DNA of 64,000 nt from Tubulanus polymorphus (taxonomy: Eukaryota > Animalia > Nemertea). Location: NCBI RefSeq assembly GCF_964204645.1, contig NC_134035.1, positions 12,308,451-12,372,450 of the forward strand, given 5' to 3'. The notes under the pieces are model-generated. The model had not been told where the DNA came from. It was given only the letters and a program-made list of their open reading frames with translations, and did not search any database. Every line of letters begins with the position of its first letter. The first letter of the stretch is position 1. This document shows positions 51,776-63,147 of this stretch, one piece after another. The position numbers and the translations under genes are program-made.

Positions 51776-53582
51776 TAGAACCACCATCCAGACTTCGCAG
51801 ATGAATTACCACAGAACCAACATTCAGATTCAACAGATGAATAACCACAGAACCAACATCAAACTCTACCACACCAGCAGAATCCAAGGTATTTATCATG
51901 TTTTAGGTGATGCAGCTTCAAGACCTGACAGATGAATTACCACAGAACCACCATCCAGACTCCACAGACGAATTACCACAGAACCAACATTAAACTATCA
52001 TAGAACCAACATCCAAACTCCACAGATGAATTACCACAGAACCAACATCAAACTCTACCACAGATCCAACATCCAGACTTCACAGATGAATTACCACAGA
52101 ACCACCATCCAGACTTCACAAATGAATTACCACAGAACCAACATCAAACTCTACCACAGAACCGACATCCAGACTTCACAGATGAATTACCACAGAACCA
52201 ACATTAAACTCTATCACAGAACCAACATCCAAACTCCACAGATGAATTACCACAGAACCACCATCAAACTACCACACCAGACTCCAAGGTATTTATGATC
52301 TAGGTGATGCAGCTTCCAGACTTAAAGAATCAAGACCACAGAACCACCATCCAGACTTCGCAGATGAATTACCACAGAACCAACATTCAGATTCAACAGA
52401 TGAATAACCACAGAACCAACATCAACATCTACCACAGAACCAACATCCAGACTTCACAACTGAATTCCCACAGAACCAACATCAAACTCTACCACAGAAC
52501 CAACATCCAGACTTCACAGATGAATTACCACAGAACCAATATCAAACTCTACCACAGAACCAACATCCAGACTTCACAAATGAATTACCACAGAACCAAC
52601 ATTAAACTCTACCACAGAACCAACATCCAGACTTCACAAATGAATTACCACAGAACCAACATCAAACTCTACCACAGAACCAACATCCAGGCTTCACAAA
52701 TGAATTACCACAGAACCAACATCAAACTCTACCACAGAACCAACATCCAGACTCCACAGATGAATTACCACAGAACCAACATTAAACTCTACCACAGAAC
52801 CAACATCCAGGCTTCACAGATGAATTACCACAGAACCAACATCAAACTCTACCACAGAACCAACATCCAGACTTCACAAATGAATTACCACAGAACCAAC
52901 ATCAAACTCTACCGCAGAACCAACATCCAGACTCCACAGATGAATTACCACAGAACCAACATCAAACTCTACCACAGAACCAACATCCAGGCTTCACAGA
53001 TGAATTACCACAGAACCAACATTAAACTCTACTACAGAACCAACATCCAGGCTTCACAGATGAATTACCAAAGAACCAACATTAAACTCTACTACAGAAC
53101 CAACATCCAGACTTCACAAATGAATAACCACAGAACCAACATCCAGACTTCACAGATGAATCACCACAGAACCAACTTCCGGGCTACAGTTCCAAGGTAT
53201 TTAATAGATTTCAGGTGATGAAGCATCCAGACCTAACAGATGGAAGATCATAGCCCTTACATCAAGACTTCACACTGATGATGCAAACAAAGTACCACAA
53301 TATGGGAAGTCTGATAAGGTAAATTTTACTTTGGCGATGATTAATATCGAACGGATCGTCAAAGTTGTCTAAATTGAATAATCAGGGATTAGGGGCAATT
53401 GTTAGGGGAGAATTAGGGGCCTATATCAAATCAGTGAATATCACTGTGTGAACGAATGTTAGACATATGACAATGATATCCATCTTCAACGACGAAATAA
53501 GACGAAATAAAAAGAAAACGAAGATAATCTGGCTAAGAAAATATTTTTATTGCGCTGTGTGTGCAAATGATATCAATAGTAG

Positions 53583-53617
53583 TAATGATAATAATAATAA
53601 TAATAATGATAATAATT
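53583..53617. repeat. (AAT)n microsatellite, imperfect
   Basis: taatgataataataataataataatgataataat. Confidence 0.85.
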
Positions 53618-54264
53618 TTAATAAATATAATATTTATTTTACAGTAAACTGTAAAATAAATTTGAAGGTTTTAGACAAATCGTTTTGGCATAAATAATTA
53701 AAATGAATGAGCAAAAAACATTGATACTTGTGTTTTAGAAATCGTATACGCACACAAGTATTTATGTAGCAAGTGTTTGTCTCTCGTATATATATAATAT
53801 ATATATACATATACATATAAATCATCACTATTGTTTTTGTCGATCTGTCGCCTACTGGAGATGAGCGTTTGTCTATCGCGGCGGCGGAGCGCTCTGTTGG
53901 CTTCGATGATCAGTTTCTGCGATGTAAAGATTGATAGTATCGTTGAGTATTCTCTCTATCAGTCTCTCACAACGCGAGTGAGTGAGTGAGTGAATAAATC
54001 CTTGCGTAACCGATAGAAAATTTCAACGCGCGATTAGAATCTACAGATCTCTTATTCTAATTACGAAATTCCTTGCGAGGGAAAATTTCATAGAATTTGA
54101 TCCTGAGTTGGGTAATTCTTGCCAGGATGTTTATCTCTGAAAGTCTTAATTCCTCACATGCCAGTGGGTGTGTTTGTGTATGTGGTGTGCTCGTGTCTGT
54201 ACAAACCATTGCGGTTCGCGGTTGGTTGGCTGGGCCGACGGGAACCTACTGCGGCATGCGAGTA

Positions 54265-54416
54265 TTATTTTCCTCCGCGACACAAGTATTTACCGGCTCC
54301 CGGAGCGTACCAACAGCCGGAGCCAGCTCTTTTCGTCTGAGTTTTGTCGGCACCGGATACGGTTTGTTCCAAGTCGACAGGTTCTGATGACGACGAACTC
54401 AACTGTTTCTCAGCGT
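54265..54416 (-). CDS. Last coding exon of a putative neuropeptide / secreted peptide precursor
   Basis: Minus-strand (CT)n polypyrimidine tract plus atttcatcag| acceptor; translation xAEKQLSSSSSEPVDLEQTVSGADKTQTKR-AGSGCWYAPGAGKYLCRGGK*: acidic/Ser spacer, dibasic KR, two Cys, terminal G-K amidation signal, stop. Confidence 0.72.
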
Positions 54417-55682
54417 CTGATGAAATAGAGAGAGAGAGAGAGAAAATATATTAAAACATACTCAGTATTATTTATTATTGTGAAATATTAAAATCGGAAT
54501 TCAGACTCGGTCAATTTCCACTTCATTCGTATCTTAAACTCAAAATTCAATTTAATTGCGAAAGTTGACAAGTTTTCAATGATAAAATGATAGAAACTGT
54601 TACTGTGATATCTATTTTGAGTAAAACAACCTAGCCTATTAGTACCGATGGTTCCAATTTCACAATCATTAGACATACGATCATACAAATAATCATTCAA
54701 ATAACATATATCATATAAATAATCATCGAAACATTAGACAGGGTATTTTCCTATCGAATAAATGAACTTATGAAAAAAATTATTAATCAAAACCAAAATG
54801 TATAATTTGATATCACAATTTTCACATTATTGGCATTCTAATAGTCAGCACAGAAGAACAGTGATCATATTTGACAGTGATCAATTACAATCATGTATAT
54901 GACATCAGTAATAATGGGTATATCTAGTACATGAAACTAGTACGTCAATGAAAAGATAGATTTTGTGTAGTAGAACACAGGTCGACAGTGAACAGCCTGA
55001 TTGCCGAGTGGCTATAAATGTGTATCGTCTTCACGCGAGTTACAAACATTGAGAAGATTAATCTTGTAGTGAGAAATTGAGTAGATAGGAATCTATGAAT
55101 CTCTATATAACGAGAGAGAAGAAAAAAAAACAATTTCAATTTTGTGCTCGTATCGTATCGCGTATTAGTATGTGTCGATAATAAACACGTGTGTGATTTT
55201 CTGGTGAAAGTAGATTTTTCGGCGGCTCGCGCGGTGCGAGTTATAAGTAATCCCGCGCTGCCACAGCGGCCGCCGCAGGGCCCGTGCGCAGCGGTTAAAG
55301 ACGATTCCGTCAAGATGAACTTGAGAATAAGGTTTTAATGATGACTGCCAGTTGGTGTCTTGTTGGGCACTAACTACTTCACGCCTCGTCTCAAATCGAT
55401 CTATATCGGTAAATAGCTAGTACATGAGAAGAGAAGACACATGTTTTTCACACCGTGGGATTCGCAGCTCTTGAAAGCGTTTCTTTTTCTCGAGATCGAC
55501 GAAATCTCAACAATTTCCAGCCGTTATAAACTGCGGGGCATTGTGCTTATTGTAAAAAACCATCAGTATCTTTCATATCAGATCTGAAAATCATATCTAA
55601 TCTAAAATCAGCGTTAACCATCAGGTAATGATCTACATATATGAAACAGACGAGAAGATACGCAATATCCGTGTAAGATGAT

Positions 55683-55906
55683 AACGAGAGAAATCCCACA
55701 ATAAACTCAGCCAAAACGAGAAACTTGAATATAATAGTATATATTTGCGCAATGTTTCGGCTAAAGACTATTAGCCATCATAATCCGTACTGAATGATAC
55801 GCCTGATGATGGCTAATAGTCTTTAGCCGAAACATTGCGCAAATATATACACTCTTCTATTCAAGTTTCTCGTTTTGGCTGAATCTATTGTGGGATTTCT
55901 CTCGTT
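55683..55906. mobile_element. Inverted repeat (~99-bp arms, 24-bp spacer), Penelope-like element terminus relic
   Basis: 55683-55781 is a near-perfect reverse complement of 55806-55906; contains CTGATGATG...CGAAAC. Inverted terminal duplications are typical of Penelope-like elements. Confidence 0.75.
55799..55841 (+). ncRNA. Minimal hammerhead ribozyme motif (Penelope type)
   Basis: CGC-CTGATGA-T-GGCTAA(tagtct)TTAGCC-GAAAC-ATT-GCG: both core boxes, a perfect 6-bp stem II and a short stem I. Confidence 0.6.
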
Positions 55907-56060
55907 TTATGAAACAGGTTAACTGAAAATCTCATCTTAAATCATATGATAATCATATTCGTTTATATCTAGGTTGATATGGAACGCATTGTTCCGTTGA
56001 TTAAGTATGTTAGTAGTCGAATGCTTCAGTTCAATTCAGGGCTTGTTTCCAGCTCGATAA

Positions 56061-56248
56061 CAGTGGAACGTCGTTTCAACGAACTCGGATACAACGATTC
56101 ATCAGATATAACTAAATAGAATATAACTATATAGAATTTTGTCCCATGTAAGAAAATTTGATTAATTCCATACTGGATATAACGAACTATCGGTTATAAC
56201 GAACATATTTTCTGGTCCTGTGAGGTGCGCTGCAACGAGGTTCCACCG
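56061..56248. mobile_element. Tc1/mariner (pogo/Tigger-like) MITE
   Basis: CAGTGGAACGTCGTTTCAAC ... GCAACGAGGTTCCACCG-TA termini; internal GGATATAACGAA-type repeats; same family as 5169-5517. Confidence 0.75.
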
Positions 56249-58019
56249 TATTCGATAAATTTCTCACGTGTGATCGTATTTTTAAGATTGCATATGAATA
56301 TTGGTGAAATTGTTCATAGGACATCGACGCGTATAGTATAGTCTCAGAGCGTATAGAAACTACAAACATTTTTTACGCGTAAAGCTTCATTCGAAATCTT
56401 GAAACGAACGAGATAGATTTGTTGTTTATCAACCATTGATAAAACGCTCGGTACGCGTTGAAAGATAATGAACCATAAAATCCCACATCATCCGAATTCT
56501 TAAAATGAACGAGATTTTTATTTCAACTATCGATAGAAATCTCTCGAGTCCGCGTTGACAAGTAATTATAAACTCCCACACTAAGGACAAAACTAGTCAT
56601 CAGTAATGTTTCCTTGAGCATAAGTTTATTAGCTAATATTCTAATAGCGCCATCTCTAGGAATACTGAGTGTGGAATCTAAGCGTTCGATCTTGTATCGT
56701 TTCTGTTTAGTATTTTATCTTTTTTACAAGTATAGCTCAATATTTTTCTGGATACAATATTTTTGTGGATACAACAGAATGAAATCGAACGAACGACATA
56801 AAACCCACTCAGTTGTAAATGTGATATCTACCTTTAAGTTTCAATAATAATTTCACATCGTTTAGAATCCTTTCCAATTCTGAAATAAAAAAAAAAATAG
56901 CAGAGAGTGAGTGACAGTGACGAGTAATTACACTTCATTCGCAATAAGAAAATTAACACGGCAAATTCGTTTTTATGGATCGGTTTGCGACCAAAAAACC
57001 ATTTCAGCTCCACACATATCTGTTGTATAGTTTTTGAATCGAGAAATGTAAATCTCATCCGATTCACTGTTTTAATTTTAATGCAATCCGATATAAAACA
57101 CGGTATCAGTGTTTTACATAGGACACAGTAACTAAAGGTTCCATGTAACGTGTTGGTTATAGAGGAAATGATGTCATAGCGCATCATTTTGGACGTCGAG
57201 CACAAGGATAGTTAACTGAAGATAAAACGCAAAAGTTCCCAAAACAACCCAGGCCTGTGTAGAGGGGTTTGGGGGTAGCGAATAATTGTGCCCTTCAAAA
57301 AGTCAGTGTGATAGAATTCGAAATTTGGATACCATTTTCATGTTTTGGCAAAAGGTTTAACTGCAAAGGGTCAAAGGGTATTGTGTGATCCAAGCACCCA
57401 GGAATTATTCCGTAAAGTTTTCAATTCGGCGCTGGTCTGTAACTTCACCCTATAATTCATCGAGTTGATTCTACTTACTTATCGTCTGAGATTTATCTGG
57501 TTTATTAAAATCTATGTTTTCTATTGCGATGTCGTTACAGTTGAGTTCATCTTTCAAATAGAGGCACTTGAATCTCTGCAGAATATCTACAATATTAATA
57601 TAGAATAAATATCACTGATTGAAGCGGTGACAATTCGAGATTTTCTATTGTTTCCGCAGTTTTCTCCCCACCGTCACAATATCGAATATTTGAATGCGTT
57701 CATTTTTAAACCGAGGCGTTTTATACCGAATTTGATTCTTAGAAAAAAACATATTTAATATTTTATGATATCATCCGCTTGATCCGTATGAATTTTAATT
57801 GTAATTTGAGCCGATGTCTAAGTTTGATATGTTTGTCATTATACACTGACTGAAACTTGGAAAATACTTTCGCTTAAAAATGGCGACCTTTTTGAACGAA
57901 TTGAAATTTCAAGCAATTGCATTCAATAAAATTCTTAGTAGTAATTTTTGTATCGGAAGATATTTCATTCCGGAATCTGGACCTTAAAGAACGGCAGAAC
58001 AACGCCCTGCTCTAAATTT

Positions 58020-58146
58020 GTGTGGGTTTAATTCGACTATGCACCCAGTTCCACAGTTGCGTGGGTTTATTTTGACCCTGGATTAGGTTCCACAGTCGCG
58101 TGGGTTTGATTTGACGACCCTCGATTCGGTTCCGCAGTTGTGGTTT
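58020..58146. repeat. Degenerate ~40-bp tandem repeat (GTGGGTTT...GTTCCACAGTTGC), about 3.5 copies, with another partial copy near 58267-58300
   Basis: Visible recurrence of GTTCCACAGT.GCGTGGGTTT. Confidence 0.6.
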
Positions 58147-58870
58147 CAATATACTAAATTTATTATCTTATATATATATCTCTCTCTGATTTATTTTTTA
58201 TTATCTGATATATTTCGTTGACGACAAAACACCTATAATTTGACGCAGGTGTCAGTTGCATGGTTGTGTGGATTTAATTTGATTCTGGGCCCAGTTCCAG
58301 CTACGCAACAAGATAAAGAAATGGCTTAGATTTCAAACGTTAATGTAACCGTACAACAACCTTGTAGAGAGTTTGTAACTGAAGAGTTTTTGAATATTTC
58401 ATTTCGACATATGAGACATATTACTAGGGCAGATCATGTGAATTGTACAAGATACCTGATACCTTTAGTGTTAGATGTATTTATCTAGAAGAAACATACA
58501 ACATTTTTATGTAGGATTTTGTTAGTTTCATATAACGATTGACTCTGAGTGGATTGCGAAGGTTGGATAAATTTTTATAGGAAATCGTTTTCTTTAGTTT
58601 TACCAAAAAAGGATAGTTTTAATACTATTCTGAACTATTATTTTAGATTATTCGACAGTTTCACGATTTTTTTTGAGAAAATCTAATCGCTGCAGGACGA
58701 ATTGTTGTTGAGATTAAAAGATGATTTCAAGATGATATCACTATTTGAAATAGGCGATTCCCAAATAAGAAGCTGCGTAGACAGTGACTGTCAAAGGCTG
58801 TGCTTATATTAACAAAAAGACATTTGCTACCAAAAGAAATCTTGAGATGCGAAATACGATATGAAAGCTG

Positions 58871-58943
58871 GCGCGTTCCAAGGATCGAACCTGGAACCTC
58901 TGGCACTGAAATCCAGCATGCTAGCCATAAGACCACTGTGGTC
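58871..58943 (-). mobile_element. tRNA-derived SINE head / tRNA pseudogene
   Basis: Minus strand GACCACAGTGGTCTTATGGCTAGCATGCTGGATTTCAGTGCCAGAGGTTCCAGGTTCGATCCTTGG: A-box-like sequence and B box GGTTCGATCC; acceptor stem does not pair. Confidence 0.6.
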
Positions 58944-60479
58944 AGATGACTGGCTGAGTTTTTGAATGTTTGTCTTGACTGAACCCGTGACCAGTCAGCT
59001 ATGAGTTGACCAATCAGCTAACCGTGTGGCGTGACCGATCGTCAGGCTTAATGACTGAATGTCAAATTATTCTAATGCACTAACAATAAATTGGATTGAA
59101 TTTCTTCATATCTTGAATGACTGATCAAACAGTGAAGCGCGACTGTAAAGATATCGTAAATACGTACCAGGCACTGGACTTTTTAAACTGATTAAATCAC
59201 ACAATAATTCGCCGTTATGAATTCTACATCTGACCCGTTTGACAACTTTCTCTGTAATAGAAATAGATAGATACTTTATAATCAATGGATTATTAGTCTG
59301 AAATTGTGGAGGCGGCAGCTGGTTTAGTTTGACTATGAGCCGCGACAGGGTGAAATTAATTCATTCTCAATAATTCGACTCTCGAAACAGACGCCATCAT
59401 CAACGTCGTTCCTTCCGCCAAACTAATGGACGAAAGTTGTTAAGTTTTTCGCGGTTTCTGTGTATTGAGTTTTGTTATAAGTTACCCGTGACCGTTGAGT
59501 GAGGTTTATTCGACATCAACGTTGTTTTAGCGTCTCGCGTAAATCACTCCAACTCGCCAGAACTAGTTACATTATGATCGTCTAACTATATTGACTCCAC
59601 GTGTTTATTTTCTATATCAGGGTTATTTATATTCACTCGGGCGGGGGCTTTCTCTCTTTGAGAAATGAATATGACGTTTTTCAGCGGACGGATATTCATC
59701 GGGCAACGACGCTCATAAAAACAACTGTAAATAATACAGATAGATCCTATCGACCCCCGTGGGAGACATTTACCTACAAATATCATAAATAACCTAACAC
59801 ATAGGATCTATCACTGCAGATATTCATATTGTTTGACCGCAAGGAGTTGATAAATCATCCCCGTCCCCGTAACCACTCGCTGGTTGCAGTTCAATAATAT
59901 CACTTAAACTATAAAACTGAGAAAATTGAATCTATTTCAAACATTTTTTCCCGTAAGAATGCAGGCCTATCCTTGCAGTAATGGCGGTATTACCCGATAA
60001 AGAGAGTTTCAATTTTGATTTTCCTCGACAGAAATAAACACCTTAGAGACGTTGACAAAAATAGCCAATCAATTAGTAACGCACTTAATAAGCGTAGAGC
60101 TTCGATCAGCAGCGTTCTTCTCTTTCTCTGCTATATTATTTTTTTCGCCTCATATTATTATAACGATGCCTCCTGGCGCCTAAATTCCGTTTCTGTCAGC
60201 GAAATAACACTTTTTTCTGTAAGGCGACAATGTTATAATGTTGCTATCTACGGCTAGATTACGGTCGATAATTAGTTGTTTATCTATTCGAAATTGTGTT
60301 GATTTCATGTTCGATTGATAAGCGCTGCCAACTATACGAAACTTCTAGTAAAATCCATTTGTTCATATCGAAATACCCGCGGGTCTGTATTCGTTTGATA
60401 GTAAGGAACTAATGATTGCGATCTGTTAATGACAAGTTTGCATTTATTTGAAGAGGGTGCGATAGATATAGATATATAA

Positions 60480-60810
60480 ATAACAGAGGGAGGAATTTGG
60501 GTGATAAAGGGAAGAGAAAAAGAGAAATAATAGCAAGGAGGGAGGAGTATATAGAAAGAAGAGAAAGGGGAGAGTGGAGAGTGCTAGAAACGAATGATCC
60601 CGAACTTTTCATGAAAGTTTTACATAGATTTGTAGAGGTTACTCGCGATAGATATAAACATGTAGAGGAAAGAGGAAAATGATTGAATGAAAGAGCTAGA
60701 GGGAGGGAGGGGGAGAGGGAGGGAGCGAGGGAGAGGGAGGGAGCGAGGGAGAGGGAGAGAGGAGGTAGAAAAGAGAAGAGAAGGGGAGAGACAGAAGTCA
60801 GAAACAAAGG
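60480..60810. repeat. Purine-rich low-complexity tract including short 18-bp GGGAGAGGGAGGGAGCGA repeats
   Basis: Almost pure G/A at 60698-60790. Confidence 0.85.
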
Positions 60811-61853
60811 AAAAGCCGATGACGTAAGAGACGGTTAATAGATATCTGCTTTTCATTCGTGTCATATGCAAAAATAGCAATGAAACGATGAATGAGAAAA
60901 GCCGAGTTTCAGCTTTTAAAGCGATTCAATCACGAATGAGCGAGATATTTTTTTTTTTCACTCTCGTGTCGTGAGTCAGATAATTTCTTGCGGTCGTTTG
61001 CACAAAATGAGATAATTCCAACGCGCCGCCGACGACATTTTATTTAACGATACACTCGCTCGATTGCGACGACACCGATAATTTATTTGCCCCCGTAAAC
61101 ATCGTGGAATAGTCGCCGAATATTCGGAAAAATCACAAATCGCCAGTTCTCTCACGAAAACAATCAAAACCAGTCAGTTTTTAAAAAGTGACTGTTTTGA
61201 TGAAGTTACCACCAGTGTGTCTTTATTGTAGATATGAGTCAATATACGGCGGGTTCACGCTATGAACGGTAGCATTCTACAACGGCCTTCTTATTCATTT
61301 ATTTTCGTAAACCATAATACTTAGTCAGTTTGATCAATAGTTTTTGATTGTTTCATCATTACAGTTACGAGGGTTCTTCATCTTCAGATATTCAAGCGCC
61401 AGTCCATATATAGTTGACTTGTGGCCCGATTTCCTATCTCAGTTATGGAGTTATTTGATTCATCGATACATCAACATAAGGATTTCTATAGTTTCCTAAC
61501 TGCTGATTTTTGTCTAACAATTTTAATGATAATGATTTCATTTCCACTATAAAGTACAACTTGTCACGAAGGGATATACGGGAATATACAAAATAAGAAA
61601 TATTTTGATATAATGTGGAGGAGATTAGATGAAGCCACTCAAGGTAAACGACCCCATCAGAGGCCGGTTCCTACGTTAAGACTTTTAATAGTCATTTCCT
61701 CTTCAATCTTTTAAGTCTGACTTAAGAAAATAAGACCCGTCTTAAGTTTAAAGACCAGCTCTAGTATGTGACGAGTCCTGGTGTGCAAGTTTGGTTTCAG
61801 CTCTAGAAATAGTGGATCTAGCGGAATTTAATGACACCTGAGAATGTGGTGCT

Positions 61854-61874
61854 GTGTGTGTGTGTGTGTGTGTG
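61854..61874. repeat. (TG)n microsatellite
   Basis: tgtgtgtgtgtgtgtgtgtgt. Confidence 0.9.
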
Positions 61875-63147
61875 TTCACTGATTCCACTGGGAATCACTC
61901 ACTCGTTCTCGGTTTTTAGCTGCTCGTATCTGATGATGATTCAATTCGATTTTGTGGGTTTTAATGCTTCCGCGTTGCTTGTGCCCTGTAATAATGTAAT
62001 TCGTAATGGGTTGTTTTTGTGTGCGCGCCAAGAATCGTGATTGAAACGCAAGAAGGCGTCATCGAAACCAATCTCAAAACATAACCATTCTACCAACTAG
62101 AATTTCACTATTGATGTTTGTACCAGTGTTCAGGTTATAGTAAACCGTCTCATTCATTCTTTATGTGTTTTTTCTTTATTTTTCTATTTCTGAATGTCAG
62201 TATTTTGTTATTATCTTGTCCAATAGAAATACTGATTCGATTTCAGTAATAGGATTACGCAATGTTACTGAAGGTCTTTCCACTGATTACTGATTAATTT
62301 GAACATTTTCTTTCATATTTCAACGCTATGTTCTTGTTGAACTTTTAACTGGTAACACGTTTTCCAGAGGATGGCGTGAATTCAGTAGTGCGTTGCTTTT
62401 TTCATTCTAGAAGATTCAATATCACGGAGGGGTGTAAATATACGCCCGCCAAAATCATAGGTTCCTAGACAAGTTCGTAGTAGTTCGCTCGACGAGCGAG
62501 CGCGCGCGCGCACACCTTCACTTTTATTAATTGTAGTTTCTGTCAGAAATGAAAGTTTTGCGGTTTCTCTTGTTCGAATATCGGCTACTGGATTCCTGGG
62601 ATGACTGTGAATTCCGCGCGAACAATGAACTGTCGCGGTTTCAACTCTCAGATTCAGAAATATCGCGTGGTTTATTGCGCCGTCGTTTATTACCGCGTGT
62701 AATCAATTCGTACCCACGATTATTCGTCGCTGCCGAATTGAAAAATTCTATCGCGGATATTCTGCGAGCGAGTTCTCTCGCAATGACCGATCGTCGTTTT
62801 GTAATTTCGTATCGTTCGTTTGCGCTGGTGATATTTTCTTTTGTAATAAATATTTCCTAAATCGAATGAGGGACCAAAGCGCGGAGAGGTATCTCGTTTG
62901 TTTGTATACGGCTGATCTGATTTCCTTTGTGTCCGCTTACTGATATATATATAAACTAGATAAGTCCATTGCCCAATGTATAAATACATAGCAAATCGAC
63001 GCGAATACAATTTCTTCAAGTTTCATACGTATCAGATGAACAAGAGTTAGAAGGTTATGGGAAACAGTATAGCTGTGTCCTTCCTTGCATTGTGGTGATA
63101 CTGTAGAATATGGAAAATAGAAGGTTGTTTTATTTGATGGAAACTTA

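Larger units (their letters stand above)
21110..53250. repeat. 32-kb satellite array: 36-bp (ACCACAGAACCAACATCCAGACTTCACAGATGAATT) and 24-bp (ACCACAGAACCAACATCAAACTCT) monomers punctuated by two junction modules
   Basis: Directly visible. Pure 60-bp runs at about 21.7-22.1, 27.2-27.9, 33.35-34.05 and 52.4-53.1 kb; strongly A/C-rich plus strand. Confidence 0.98.

Noticed and set aside
22340-52310. CRISPR-like array (conserved blocks separated by variable segments)
   Set aside because: The 'spacers' are themselves tandem monomers, not unique sequences; eukaryotic context and no cas genes.
21310-53218. Long ORFs such as (MNYHRTNIKLYHRTNIQTSQ)n of 350, 258 and 304 aa as protein-coding genes
   Set aside because: They result from 36/24-bp monomers (multiples of 3) lacking stops in more than one frame; frequent 2-bp deletions and stops break them.
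6699-53400. TIR pair (TGCCCCCAAATCCTG at ~6699 vs CAGGGATTAGGGGCA at ~53383) bounding a giant transposon
   Set aside because: Only about 12/15 identity and no target-site duplication identified; insufficient evidence.
54097-54428. Plus-strand ORFs of 73-96 aa
   Set aside because: No recognisable features; they are the antisense shadow of the minus-strand peptide-precursor exon.
58871-58943. Opal suppressor or selenocysteine tRNA (TCA at the anticodon position)
   Set aside because: Acceptor stem does not pair and there is no long variable arm; better explained as a SINE head or decayed tRNA.
60409-60880. Hydrophobic Leu/Ser/Pro ORFs on the minus strand as the missing signal-peptide exon
   Set aside because: They derive from the GA low-complexity tract; I found no ATG with a suitable phase-1 donor.
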